Made by a program: the position numbers and the translations under genes | IMG/VR virus record: IMGVR_UViG_3300026283_000001 | From: a virus | Reading direction: 5' to 3' (one strand) | DNA: 36,928 nt | In this document: positions 15,030 through 23,561 of the stretch, piece by piece | Layout: each line of letters begins with the position of its first letter | How positions within the stretch are numbered: position 1 is the first letter of the stretch | The notes under the pieces: generated by a model | Database searches by the model: none | Seen by the model: the letters and a program-made list of their open reading frames with translations, nothing else | Told to the model about the DNA's origin: nothing

Positions 15030-16244
15030 ATGAGTAATACACTGCTGACCAGCAGCATTCTGGCCAAGGAGACCCTGGCCGTCATTGAAAATAACTGTGC
15101 GTTCGGCGGCATGGTCAATCGCGATTATGAAACCGTACAGAGCGCGTCGATGCGGGACGGCTACGAGCCTGGAGCGACGATCAACATCCGCAAGCCGTCG
15201 CGCTATACGTATCGGTCCGGGCGCGTCTCTGTGCCGCAGGCATCCGCCGACAACTCTGTTCCGCTGAGGCTTTCGCAGGGCGGCGCGGATTTGAACTTCA
15301 ACCTGTTCGAGCGCTCGCTGCAGATCACCGATCGGCGCATCCAGAAGAAGATCAACGCCGCCGCGGCGACCATCGTCAACGAGATCGACCGAGTTGGCCT
15401 GCTGCTCGCCAAGACGGCCGTCTACAACTGCCTGAACCCGACCGGCGCGCTGCCGACGACGCAAGCGCTGTCGCTGGCGGCCATCACCGGCATCAATCAG
15501 CGCCTCGACGAAATGGGCGCGCCTCGCGACAACATGCGCGGCCTGATCATGAACCCGGCCATGAACGCGGCGACGGTTGGTGGTTTCGCCGGGCTGTTCA
15601 ACGGCCAGGCAAAGCTCGGGCGGCAGTTCGACTCGGGGCTGATGGTCGATAGCCTGGGCCTGTCGTATGCGATGGACCAGAATGTCGCGGTGCATACCAA
15701 CGGCGCAGCCACTGCCACGAACATCAACGGCGCCGGCCAAACGGGGGCGGCGATTACGGTCGTTGCAGTCGCTGGCGGCACGCTGGCGGCCGGTACGGTC
15801 ATCACCCTACCGGGCGTCTATGCGGTCAATCCGCAGTCGCGCGTGAGCACTGGCGTTCTGGCCGATTTCGTGGTGACTGCGGACGTTTCCGCCGCGGCCA
15901 CGTCGATCCCGATCAGTCCGGCAATCGTCACCAGTGGGCCATATCAGAACGTCACGGCTTCGCCGACGACTGGCCAGCCGTATGTGATCAAGGGAGCGGC
16001 TTCGACTTCCTACGGCTGCAATGTGGGATTCCACGAGGACGCGTTTACCCTCGCCATGGTTCCGATGGCAACGCCTCCGGACGGCACCGGCGCGCGCGTT
16101 GAGCAAATCTCGCACAACGGTTACACGATCAAGGTGACGGACTTCTACGACGGCACGAACGACAACGTAGTCACTCGTCTAGATGTGCTGTTTGGGTGGG
16201 CCGCGACGTATCCCGAGCTGGCCTGCAAGTACTACACAGTCTAA
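15030..16244 (+). CDS. Major capsid protein (P22 gp5 coat-like)
   Basis: 404 aa. The N-terminus ILAKETLAVIENNCAFGGMVNRDYE......GATINIRKPSRY matches the P22 coat-family pattern, and the position after the scaffold fits. Confidence 0.9.
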   Translation: MSNTLLTSSILAKETLAVIENNCAFGGMVNRDYETVQSASMRDGYEPGATINIRKPSRYTYRSGRVSVPQASADNSVPLRLSQGGADLNFNLFERSLQITDRRIQKKINAAAATIVNEIDRVGLLLAKTAVYNCLNPTGALPTTQALSLAAITGINQRLDEMGAPRDNMRGLIMNPAMNAATVGGFAGLFNGQAKLGRQFDSGLMVDSLGLSYAMDQNVAVHTNGAATATNINGAGQTGAAITVVAVAGGTLAAGTVITLPGVYAVNPQSRVSTGVLADFVVTADVSAAATSIPISPAIVTSGPYQNVTASPTTGQPYVIKGAASTSYGCNVGFHEDAFTLAMVPMATPPDGTGARVEQISHNGYTIKVTDFYDGTNDNVVTRLDVLFGWAATYPELACKYYTV

Positions 16245-16264
16245 ACGACGGACTTAACCATGGA

Positions 16265-16290
16265 GCGCCGGGGTTCTCCCCGGCGCATTT
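16265..16290 (+). terminator. Stem-loop after the coat gene (attenuator / RNA stabiliser)
   Basis: GCGCCGGGG (16265-16273), TTCT loop, CCCCGGCGC (16278-16286), then only ATTT. Strong stem but short U-tail. Confidence 0.5.
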
Positions 16291-16302
16291 GGAGTATAGA
16301 GA

Positions 16303-17772
16303 ATGGCTAATGTTGCTGTTACTTGCATAAAAAACGGTAGATCAGACTCTTTCGGCCGGCCGCTTGTTTCTGGAACGTATTACCCGTCTGTCGAGATTGA
16401 GACGGCAAAAGCTCTGTGGAATTCCGGGTATGTTTCCGTGGCAGATGCGTCCGTGTTCGACCAAGACCCGCTGGCCGGAACGAGCCCGCTTGACGATTTC
16501 AATATCTCCAGGGCTTTATCTTTAACGCGCCAACCGAGCCAAACTGCAGCCAACATCTCTGCGGAGCTTGCGGCGGTTGGGTTTGGGTCTGGTCCGCGCA
16601 AAATCTACGCAGGGGCAAGCATTGTTGATTGCGGTACGCTTCCACTGGTATCAGGAACCGGCGTTACAGTGGAAATGGTTGTAACACCTCCAGGCGGCGC
16701 ATCCGCCAGGAAGACTAATCACGGACTTTCTGCGAAAGTAGTTAGTCCACCAGGGGCGTCAGCGCAGATTTATGGGGCAATTGCTAACCCAACTTTAGTT
16801 AATGAAAGATTCGATTTTTGGGTATATTCATCAAGTGATAACGAAACTCCTGCAAGCGTCTCGCTCTATTTTGTGGTCGCGTCGGCGTTCGCAGGCAATT
16901 ATTACCTTAAAACGTGGCCTTTAACAAAGAGGGCAGGATGGCATCATCTGTCGTGCTTGAAGTCGGATTTTGAAGCCACGGGGTCTCCGACGTGGGCAGG
17001 AGTGACGCACTACCGGGCATATTTCTTCGACGCATCAGTAACGACATCACTGACGATAGACAGGATAACTGGCGGCGCGAACGAAACACCGTTGGTCGCC
17101 CTTTGTTTTGATGCTTGTTGGGCGGGGCAATATAAATACGCCGTGCAGCTACTGAATAAATATCGCCTAATCGGCAACATCTCCGTAGTGCCTACCGCTG
17201 TAGGCCAGGCATCTTATATGTCTGCAGAACAGCTCAAGGAAGTTGCAGGAATGGGACACAGACTCATCTGCCACGGCAGCAACACGGCAAGCTCTTTTGG
17301 AACACTACAGCTGGCGAAGGACGACTTGGACGCAACAAAAACATACCTTGACTCGTTGGGAGTTCCTGTCGATTCCGATGTTCATCTATGGCATTCCGGC
17401 GAAAGCTGGCATGGGGCAGATTATGAATCCCTCCCGAATTATCTACGTGACACGGGGAGAGTTGGGGCGTTCCATTCTGGGTTGAACATATCAACTTCCG
17501 AGATGCGAGGCAGGGCATACCGAATCCCTCGGATGGACGACAGCGGAAATGGATCAACGTCTTCAGCGACTGTGCTCGCACAGATTGATGGGTTTTTAAC
17601 CGCCGGATACAGTTTTGCGACAAAGACCCATGACGTCGTCGCTAGTGGAGCGACGGTAAGCCAGGCGAATGTAGCCACACTCGAAGCAGTTCTATCGGGG
17701 ATTGCTGACAGGCAGGCAGCGGGGAAATGCCTTGTTGTGAGTGCAAGGGAGTTCGCTATTAGAAATACATAA
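16303..17772 (+). CDS. Low-GC protein: jelly-roll/CBM-like middle region plus C-terminal NodB (polysaccharide deacetylase)-like domain
   Basis: 489 aa with its own RBS (GGAG). From aa ~262, PLVALCFDACWAGQYKYAVQLLNKYRLIGNISVVP...YMSAEQLKEVAGMGHRLICHGSN parallels NodB motifs (TFDDG ... L.k..ikaTfF ... eql.el...GheigsH). Aa ~165-255 look like a carbohydrate-binding beta-sandwich. Confidence 0.7.
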   Translation: MANVAVTCIKNGRSDSFGRPLVSGTYYPSVEIETAKALWNSGYVSVADASVFDQDPLAGTSPLDDFNISRALSLTRQPSQTAANISAELAAVGFGSGPRKIYAGASIVDCGTLPLVSGTGVTVEMVVTPPGGASARKTNHGLSAKVVSPPGASAQIYGAIANPTLVNERFDFWVYSSSDNETPASVSLYFVVASAFAGNYYLKTWPLTKRAGWHHLSCLKSDFEATGSPTWAGVTHYRAYFFDASVTTSLTIDRITGGANETPLVALCFDACWAGQYKYAVQLLNKYRLIGNISVVPTAVGQASYMSAEQLKEVAGMGHRLICHGSNTASSFGTLQLAKDDLDATKTYLDSLGVPVDSDVHLWHSGESWHGADYESLPNYLRDTGRVGAFHSGLNISTSEMRGRAYRIPRMDDSGNGSTSSATVLAQIDGFLTAGYSFATKTHDVVASGATVSQANVATLEAVLSGIADRQAAGKCLVVSAREFAIRNT

Positions 17773-17818
17773 TGCACCTGATGTAGCAAGCATTCGTCAG
17801 GCTGAAAGAGCCCCCTGC

Positions 17819-17830
17819 TTGTAACGTCAA
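17819..17830 (+). repeat. 12-bp direct repeat TTGTAACGTCAA, copy 1
   Basis: Exact 12-mer also present at 18061-18072. The pair brackets most of the 323-bp non-coding gap. Confidence 0.9.
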
Positions 17831-18060
17831 CCCACTCGCCTTATCCGCTTGACACCGCCCGCGTAAAACGACCCCATGGATCCCAACGCCACATGATAAC
17901 CCGCCGCCGAAACATCGATCGATGGCCGCTGGCAAATGACCACAGTCTCACAAGCCTCCGAATACCTCTCGCGCCGGATCGAGCAAGGATTCAGCGACTA
18001 TCAAATCAAGATATGCACCTCGGAATTGAATCTCTACGCCATAGAGGTAGCGAGCGAGGT

Positions 18061-18072
18061 TTGTAACGTCAA
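18061..18072 (+). repeat. 12-bp direct repeat TTGTAACGTCAA, copy 2
   Basis: Exact copy of 17819-17830, located 24 nt before the gp4-like start. Confidence 0.9.
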
Positions 18073-18095
18073 ATGACACAAGAAGGCGATAAAAC

Positions 18096-18821
18096 ATGAC
18101 AACTGCGCTACAGCTTGTAACCGCATCCTTGCGCAAACTCGGAGCAGTCGCGGCCGGAGAGGCGCCAGACGCGAGCGAGCAGTCGGATGCGCTGGCCGCT
18201 TTGAATCAGCTTATCGAAAGCTGGAATCTCAAAGGGTTGGCGCTGTACCGGCGCGAGAATGCCTCCTACACGCTCACTCCGAGCCAGCAGGTATATACCA
18301 TCGGCAGCGGCGCAGACTTCGACGGCGCGCGCCCGGTTACGCTGCATGGGGCTTTTGTGACGCGCGGCGGGATCGACCATCCCCTTGATCCGCTGACGCA
18401 AGCGCAATGGAACGACATTCTGCAGAAATCGACGAAATCACATATCCCGGAATCCATCTATTACGAGCCGACCTTTCCTGATGGCACGCTTCGATTCTGG
18501 CCGGTGCCGCTTGAAGCTCTGACGGTTACACTCGCTATCGACATGCAGATTTCTGCAATTGCAGCCATCGGAGACACCATATCCCTGCCGCCAGGATACG
18601 AGCGAGCGTTGATCTACGCGCTGGCTGTCGATATTGCGCCGGAATACCCTGCTGTGACGCTGAGTCAGACCGTGATCGACGCCGCAGATGATGCGCTGGC
18701 AGACATCAAGCGGGCGAACAACACACAGAACCATCCTGCGAGGTTCGACATTGCGCTGTCCGGCGGATTGGGAATCGGCCAAGGAAGCGGGTCGTTAGCG
18801 CGCTTCATGGCTGGAATCTGA
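18096..18821 (+). CDS. Head-to-tail adaptor, P22 gp4-like
   Basis: QLVTASLRKLGAVAAGEAPDASEQSDALAALNQLIESW parallels P22 gp4 [40 protein letters not shown]. Position downstream of the coat gene fits. Confidence 0.8.
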   Translation: MTTALQLVTASLRKLGAVAAGEAPDASEQSDALAALNQLIESWNLKGLALYRRENASYTLTPSQQVYTIGSGADFDGARPVTLHGAFVTRGGIDHPLDPLTQAQWNDILQKSTKSHIPESIYYEPTFPDGTLRFWPVPLEALTVTLAIDMQISAIAAIGDTISLPPGYERALIYALAVDIAPEYPAVTLSQTVIDAADDALADIKRANNTQNHPARFDIALSGGLGIGQGSGSLARFMAGI

Positions 18822-18824
18822 CCA

Positions 18825-19202
18825 ATGAGAATCCCACTCGCTGCCGACATCGAAAGCCGCGACGGCACGATGTCGGCAGGGGCGTTGCTCGTCAATGCAG
18901 CAGCGCAGATTGAGGGCGAGGCAGAAACGACAGTATTCAAGCGGGCTGGAGTCGTTTCGCGCGGGTCGGTAACGGCTGGCACTGCGCAGTGCTTCACAGG
19001 ACTGGCCGGGAAGGCCGTTGCGGTCGTTGGCGATCACGCCTTCACGCTGACCGTTGGTGAGCCGATAATCGAGGATGCAGACGACGACCTGTCGCCGATA
19101 TTTGCCGGACTGCAAGTGTCCGCGCGCGAGGCGGGCCAGGCAAGCAACGCGCGATCGCTGATGATCAAGACCGGCCGCGAAGCGTGGATACTGACGCCGT
19201 GA
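18825..19202 (+). CDS. Virion protein (125 aa) carrying a gp10-type N-terminal motif
   Basis: MRIPLAADIESRDG...LLVNAAAQIEGEAETTVFKRAG resembles the N-terminus of the next gene and of P22 gp10-family proteins. Confidence 0.65.
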   Translation: MRIPLAADIESRDGTMSAGALLVNAAAQIEGEAETTVFKRAGVVSRGSVTAGTAQCFTGLAGKAVAVVGDHAFTLTVGEPIIEDADDDLSPIFAGLQVSAREAGQASNARSLMIKTGREAWILTP

Positions 19203-20215
19203 GACTGCCGCTCGCCACTGACCTGAAAACCTCGATCAGCGATACGACGAAAGACGCGCGCCTGATCAATGCACACACGGAAACGCGCGGAGGAGTCACG
19301 AGAGTCAAGAAACGGCCCGGAGCGCTTGCTACCGGGTGGGATTTCACGACGCCCATACAGAGCGGGTTCGGCGGATCGCTGCTTTATCTGATCTACGGCG
19401 ACGAATTCAGCGTGATTGACGTCAGCAGCCCTCCTCCTGCGTCCGTGGCGATAGGCGATCTTGTCGGCGGCTATTACGCGATGATCGACAACCCGCCAAC
19501 GTCGCCTGGTGGTGGCGACGCGTATTGGAGCGCATCGCCCCCTGGAAGTGCCAGGTATGTGGCGACGTTCAAGCCCGGCTATGGAATGGGCGACATCTAT
19601 GGCGGCGCGAATATGTACCTGCCGCCAAGTTCTCCTGGACCATGGTCGGGCGAGCTGCGCGGGGCTGTCGCGGCGAGTACCGCAGCAACCGTCAAAAGTT
19701 TTGACGAAACGATTACCGCGCTTGGTGGAGTTATCTGCTGGGGATCTTCTGGAGGAATACCGCCGAACGGGTCCGGGCCAACGGCGCGATATCTTCCGAC
19801 GGGAATGTATGAATCTGGCGGGTTCATCTTGGCTGCAGACAGTCGAGTGTCGAACGCAACTGTCAACTGGACGGCTGGCTATGTCCCTTCAGCAATCCCA
19901 GCTGTCGGCTCTCCGCTCGGCTATGATATTTTCTCTGGGCCGGCAGCGATCTTAACAAGGAAAACGAAGACGTCGGCAACGATTACCTCTTCTGGAACGG
20001 TCGCAACCATTGGCGTTGGGGTTTTGAGCCCGGCAGCGATCAGCAGGCGAATCGAGGTTTCTGGCGCAAACGAGCCAGAATACAACGGGGTTTTCGACGC
20101 CTACCTGAACGCTAACCCTCTGGCCAGCTCGGCCACTGGCGCGCTCTATTACGACATGACCGGAACGCCAGCGGCAAGCCCTGCGACTGGATCGGTCACG
20201 GTCAAATACTTCTGA
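19199..20215 (+). CDS. Tail hub-associated protein (338 aa): gp10-type N-terminal motif plus C-terminal ~70-aa repeat domain
   Basis: ORF 19184..20215 from the GTG at 19199 (GTGA overlap). VRLPLATDLKTS...ARLINAHTETRGGVTRVKKRPG. Aa ~262-341 of the listed ORF form copy 1 of the EYNG domain. Confidence 0.7.
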   Translation: MRLPLATDLKTSISDTTKDARLINAHTETRGGVTRVKKRPGALATGWDFTTPIQSGFGGSLLYLIYGDEFSVIDVSSPPPASVAIGDLVGGYYAMIDNPPTSPGGGDAYWSASPPGSARYVATFKPGYGMGDIYGGANMYLPPSSPGPWSGELRGAVAASTAATVKSFDETITALGGVICWGSSGGIPPNGSGPTARYLPTGMYESGGFILAADSRVSNATVNWTAGYVPSAIPAVGSPLGYDIFSGPAAILTRKTKTSATITSSGTVATIGVGVLSPAAISRRIEVSGANEPEYNGVFDAYLNANPLASSATGALYYDMTGTPAASPATGSVTVKYF

Positions 20216-20225
20216 GCAGACAACG

Positions 20226-21800
20226 ATGCCAGTCCTCGCCGTGACCGTTGCTGGACAGCCATTCGACATGATGGGGTATGTCGCCGAGCAGTCAGTTTTC
20301 GGCCTGTTCTTCAAATCTGCATACGATGCATTCAATTTCGAGAATAACGTGCTGACAAAAATCACCGACGCAGATTATCCCGGATGGAGCACGGTCACGC
20401 CGACAAGCATAACGCGAACTGGGTCGACTGCGACGGTCACGCTGCCTGCGCCAGTCAACTGGCAATCTGGATCGACCGTGACAATCGCTGGCGCTGCACA
20501 AGCTGAATACAACGGCAGCGTTCTGATTACCGTCACTGATGCGACGCACTTCACTTACGCAGTCACCGGGACTCCGACGACGCCGGCAACGGGCACGATA
20601 ACCGCGAAGGGCGGGCGAACTACGGTGCCAGGGGTCGCCTATCTGGACGGGTATTTCTTCGTCATGGACCAGAATGCCGTTATCTACAACAGCGGGCTGA
20701 ATGACCCGACAGCCTGGGGCGCGCTGGACTTCATAACTGCGGCTATCGAGCCTGGCGGCGGAGTTGCGCTGGCCAAGACGCAGAACTACATCGTCGCGTT
20801 CAAGGAATGGAGCACAGAATTTTTCTACGACGTCGGCAATCCAACGGGGTCCCCGCTGTCGCCTGTGCTGTCCGCATTTACGCTTGTTGGCTGCGCTTCC
20901 GGCGAGTCGGTCGCGGAGCTTGATGAGACGGTCTATTGGATCTCGAAGGCGCGGCAGAAGGGGCGGGCGGTCCACAAAATGGTCGGCCTGCAACAGCAGC
21001 TTGTCAGCACGCCGGACATTGACCGCATCCTGGCAACGTCGGACCTATCGAGCGTCTACGCCTATGGCGTCAAGCTGTCCGGGCATTCGTTCTACATCTT
21101 GGGCCTGCGCGACATTGACGTGACGCTGGCCTATGACGCGACGGCTGGAACCTGGGCGCAATGGTCGAGCTTGACGGCGCAAACGCCGAAGTCATGCACG
21201 CTCACGCAGTCGGGCGGCGTGGCGACCGCGGCATGCACGGCGCACGGCTACGCAGACGGGGCGGCGGTCACGATCGCGGGGGCAACGCCAAGCGACTACA
21301 ACGGCCTGAAACAGATTCGCGTCACATCCGCCGACGCCTTCATATTCAGCGTCGCCAGCGGCGCCGCAAGCCCGGCGACGGGCACGATTACGGCGACCGG
21401 GTACGACGAGGGCTACTTCCGGTACACGCACTATGTGTCTGCGGCCGGCCGCGACCTTGTTCTGCACGAAACGACCGGAGCGCTTGTCGAAATCACTCCG
21501 GCCGCCTACACCGACGACGGCGCCCCGATCGCGCTGAAGCTCCGCACAGGCAAGCTCGACAGCGGCAACGAGAACTACAAGAGCATTGGTCAGATTCGCG
21601 TCATCGGCGAGAAGCAGGGCGGCGAGGCGATGCTGCGATGGTCGGACGACGACTACACGACGAACTCGGCCTGCCGTCCTGTTGATCTGTCGTCGGTGCA
21701 GGCGCGCATTCGGCGGTGCGGGGCGTATCGGCGCAGAAGTTTTGAAGTGCTGCACATCGCCGCATTGCCGGTGCAGCTTGAAGCGCTCGAATTGGACTGA
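20226..21800 (+). CDS. Tail hub protein, P22 gp10-like body with two inserted ~70-aa domains
   Basis: NYIVAFKEWSTEFFYDVGN parallels P22 gp10 DFIVCFGSSTIEYFSLTG. The C-terminus ARIRRCGAYRRRSFEVLHIAALPVQLEALELD parallels KRVGRIRRLIGFKLRVITKSPVTLSGCQIRLE. Confidence 0.8.
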   Translation: MPVLAVTVAGQPFDMMGYVAEQSVFGLFFKSAYDAFNFENNVLTKITDADYPGWSTVTPTSITRTGSTATVTLPAPVNWQSGSTVTIAGAAQAEYNGSVLITVTDATHFTYAVTGTPTTPATGTITAKGGRTTVPGVAYLDGYFFVMDQNAVIYNSGLNDPTAWGALDFITAAIEPGGGVALAKTQNYIVAFKEWSTEFFYDVGNPTGSPLSPVLSAFTLVGCASGESVAELDETVYWISKARQKGRAVHKMVGLQQQLVSTPDIDRILATSDLSSVYAYGVKLSGHSFYILGLRDIDVTLAYDATAGTWAQWSSLTAQTPKSCTLTQSGGVATAACTAHGYADGAAVTIAGATPSDYNGLKQIRVTSADAFIFSVASGAASPATGTITATGYDEGYFRYTHYVSAAGRDLVLHETTGALVEITPAAYTDDGAPIALKLRTGKLDSGNENYKSIGQIRVIGEKQGGEAMLRWSDDDYTTNSACRPVDLSSVQARIRRCGAYRRRSFEVLHIAALPVQLEALELD

Positions 21801-21809
21801 GAGGAAAAA

Positions 21810-22550
21810 ATGCAATCAGCGATGGATTTTCACGGGCTCGGGGCGAAATACCCTGGCAGCGGCGGCGGGCTCGACGAAGCGGCGCAGGCGGCCGGCTATC
21901 GGGCGCTCGGCAATGGCAACTACATCAACCAATCGCGATGGTGGGAAGCGCCGATAAGCGGCCAGGACCTGCAAGGCAAGCTGTCGTCTCAGGCGCTCGC
22001 AAAGCAGCAATCGAACCCGTCAAATCTGATCGGCAGCACCGATTACTTGGCGCAGATTCAGCAGTACCTGAACCCGCAGGCATCGTCGGCAGCGGGTGGC
22101 GCAGCAAGCGGCACGCAAACGTCAAACCCGTACGAACAGCGACTGCAGCAGCTAGTCAATGACCCGAACTCGATCAGCGACAGCAATGCGTACAAGTTCC
22201 GCTTCAACCAGGGCCAGCAGGCGCTGGAGCGCGGCGCGGCAGCCAAGGGCATGCTTGGCAGCGGAAACACGCTGGCGGCGCTCGCGCAGTACGGGCAGGG
22301 GCTGGCATCGGACGAATACGGGAACGAGGTCAGCCGCCTGGGCGCGCTATCCGGGCAGCGCGACCAGTACAACCTTGGGTTGAAGGGGCTTGCAAACAGC
22401 GAATATGGGCTGCGCGCAGGAACAGACCAAAACCGAGGATCGCTCGCGCTTTCGGCGCTGACGACGGCGAATGACCAGAGACTGAAGGCGAACCAATTGG
22501 CTTCCAGCACGGCGACGTCAACCGGGCTCGTTCGCCCGAATATCTGGTAA
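21810..22550 (+). CDS. Virion protein (possible tail needle / plug or ejection protein), 246 aa
   Basis: Strong RBS (GAGAGGAAAAA-ATG). Gln/Asn/Gly/Ala-rich. Its position after the gp10-like gene matches P22 gp26/gp7. Confidence 0.6.
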   Translation: MQSAMDFHGLGAKYPGSGGGLDEAAQAAGYRALGNGNYINQSRWWEAPISGQDLQGKLSSQALAKQQSNPSNLIGSTDYLAQIQQYLNPQASSAAGGAASGTQTSNPYEQRLQQLVNDPNSISDSNAYKFRFNQGQQALERGAAAKGMLGSGNTLAALAQYGQGLASDEYGNEVSRLGALSGQRDQYNLGLKGLANSEYGLRAGTDQNRGSLALSALTTANDQRLKANQLASSTATSTGLVRPNIW

Positions 22551-22559
22551 GGGGCGGCC

Positions 22560-23561
22560 ATGTACGACCAAGGTTCCATGGACAGAATCGGCCGACTGAT
22601 GAGCTTGCGCGACCTCGTGACGGCCGGCCAGATGGCGCCCGACGCCGCTCCTTTGCCAATGAATACGCTGCGCAACAACACGACTGGCGCAGAGTATCAG
22701 TTCGAGTCCTCTCCGCAGGGCGGCGCGGGCCGGCAAAGCCCGCAGCTCGACTACTCGCAGCCGATCGAGATTTTCGGCCAAGGAAAGGGCTACGCGATCA
22801 AGGGCCAGCCGTTGTCGGCGATGATCAACGGTCGGCGCGTTGATTACGGAGTAGATGACGCAGCCAGCAAGCTCGCGACGCAGCGCGCGCAAGACCTGGC
22901 CATCAAGCGCGCCGAGCAGCAGCAGGGGCTTGACTCTGGCGCGCTGGACATCGACAAAAAGCGGGTGGAGCTCGCCGCGCTGCAATCGACTGGCGGAGCA
23001 AAGCCGCTTACCGAATCGCAAGGTAAGGCGGCGGGGTTCGGGGTTCGGGCGAACGACTCCGACGCAATCATTCGCGAGATCGGCGGCAATGGGGAAGTTC
23101 AACCAGGGTTGATCAAAAGGTCGGCAGAGGCGGTGCCGTTCATGGGCGACGCTCTCGGGACGCTGGCCAACTGGACGCAAAGCGAACCGCAGCAGAAGGT
23201 GGAGCAGGCGCAGAGGAACTTTATCAATGCCGTTCTTCGTCGAGAGTCTGGCGCGGTGATTTCTCCCGAGGAGTTCGACAACGCGAGAAAGCAGTATTTC
23301 CCGCAGCCAGGAGACGAACAAGGGACAATTGCTCAGAAGCAGAGCAACCGGCAGGCTGTAATTGCTGCGCTGAAGACAGAAGGCGCGCACGGCTACGAAC
23401 AGGCGCGCGCAGAATTCGAGGCGCGCAAGGCGGCCATTTCCGGCGACAGGAAAGCCACGGCCGGCGCTGGCGGAAACACAGTAGCTCTGCCTGATGGCCA
23501 AGTGCTGACATTCCCGAGCGCAGCGCACGCGGACGGATTTCGGAAGGCAGCCGGTCTATGA
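22560..23561 (+). CDS. Internal virion / ejection protein (333 aa)
   Basis: ORF-track entry with RBS AAGGGG. Synteny with the P22-like ejection-protein block. No recognisable catalytic motif. Confidence 0.6.
   Translation: MYDQGSMDRIGRLMSLRDLVTAGQMAPDAAPLPMNTLRNNTTGAEYQFESSPQGGAGRQSPQLDYSQPIEIFGQGKGYAIKGQPLSAMINGRRVDYGVDDAASKLATQRAQDLAIKRAEQQQGLDSGALDIDKKRVELAALQSTGGAKPLTESQGKAAGFGVRANDSDAIIREIGGNGEVQPGLIKRSAEAVPFMGDALGTLANWTQSEPQQKVEQAQRNFINAVLRRESGAVISPEEFDNARKQYFPQPGDEQGTIAQKQSNRQAVIAALKTEGAHGYEQARAEFEARKAAISGDRKATAGAGGNTVALPDGQVLTFPSAAHADGFRKAAGL

Noticed and set aside
13286-15740. Long minus-strand ORFs 13286..14344 and 14748..15740, antisense to portal, scaffold and coat
   Set aside because: No RBS, Arg-rich low-complexity translation, and they overlap well-supported structural genes.
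17936-18076. 46-codon + strand ORF (MTTVSQASEYLSRRIEQGFSDYQIKICTSELNLYAIEVASEVCNVK) in the coat-adaptor gap
   Set aside because: No Shine-Dalgarno sequence, and it is too short to judge. I did not call it as a feature but mention it under the gap finding.
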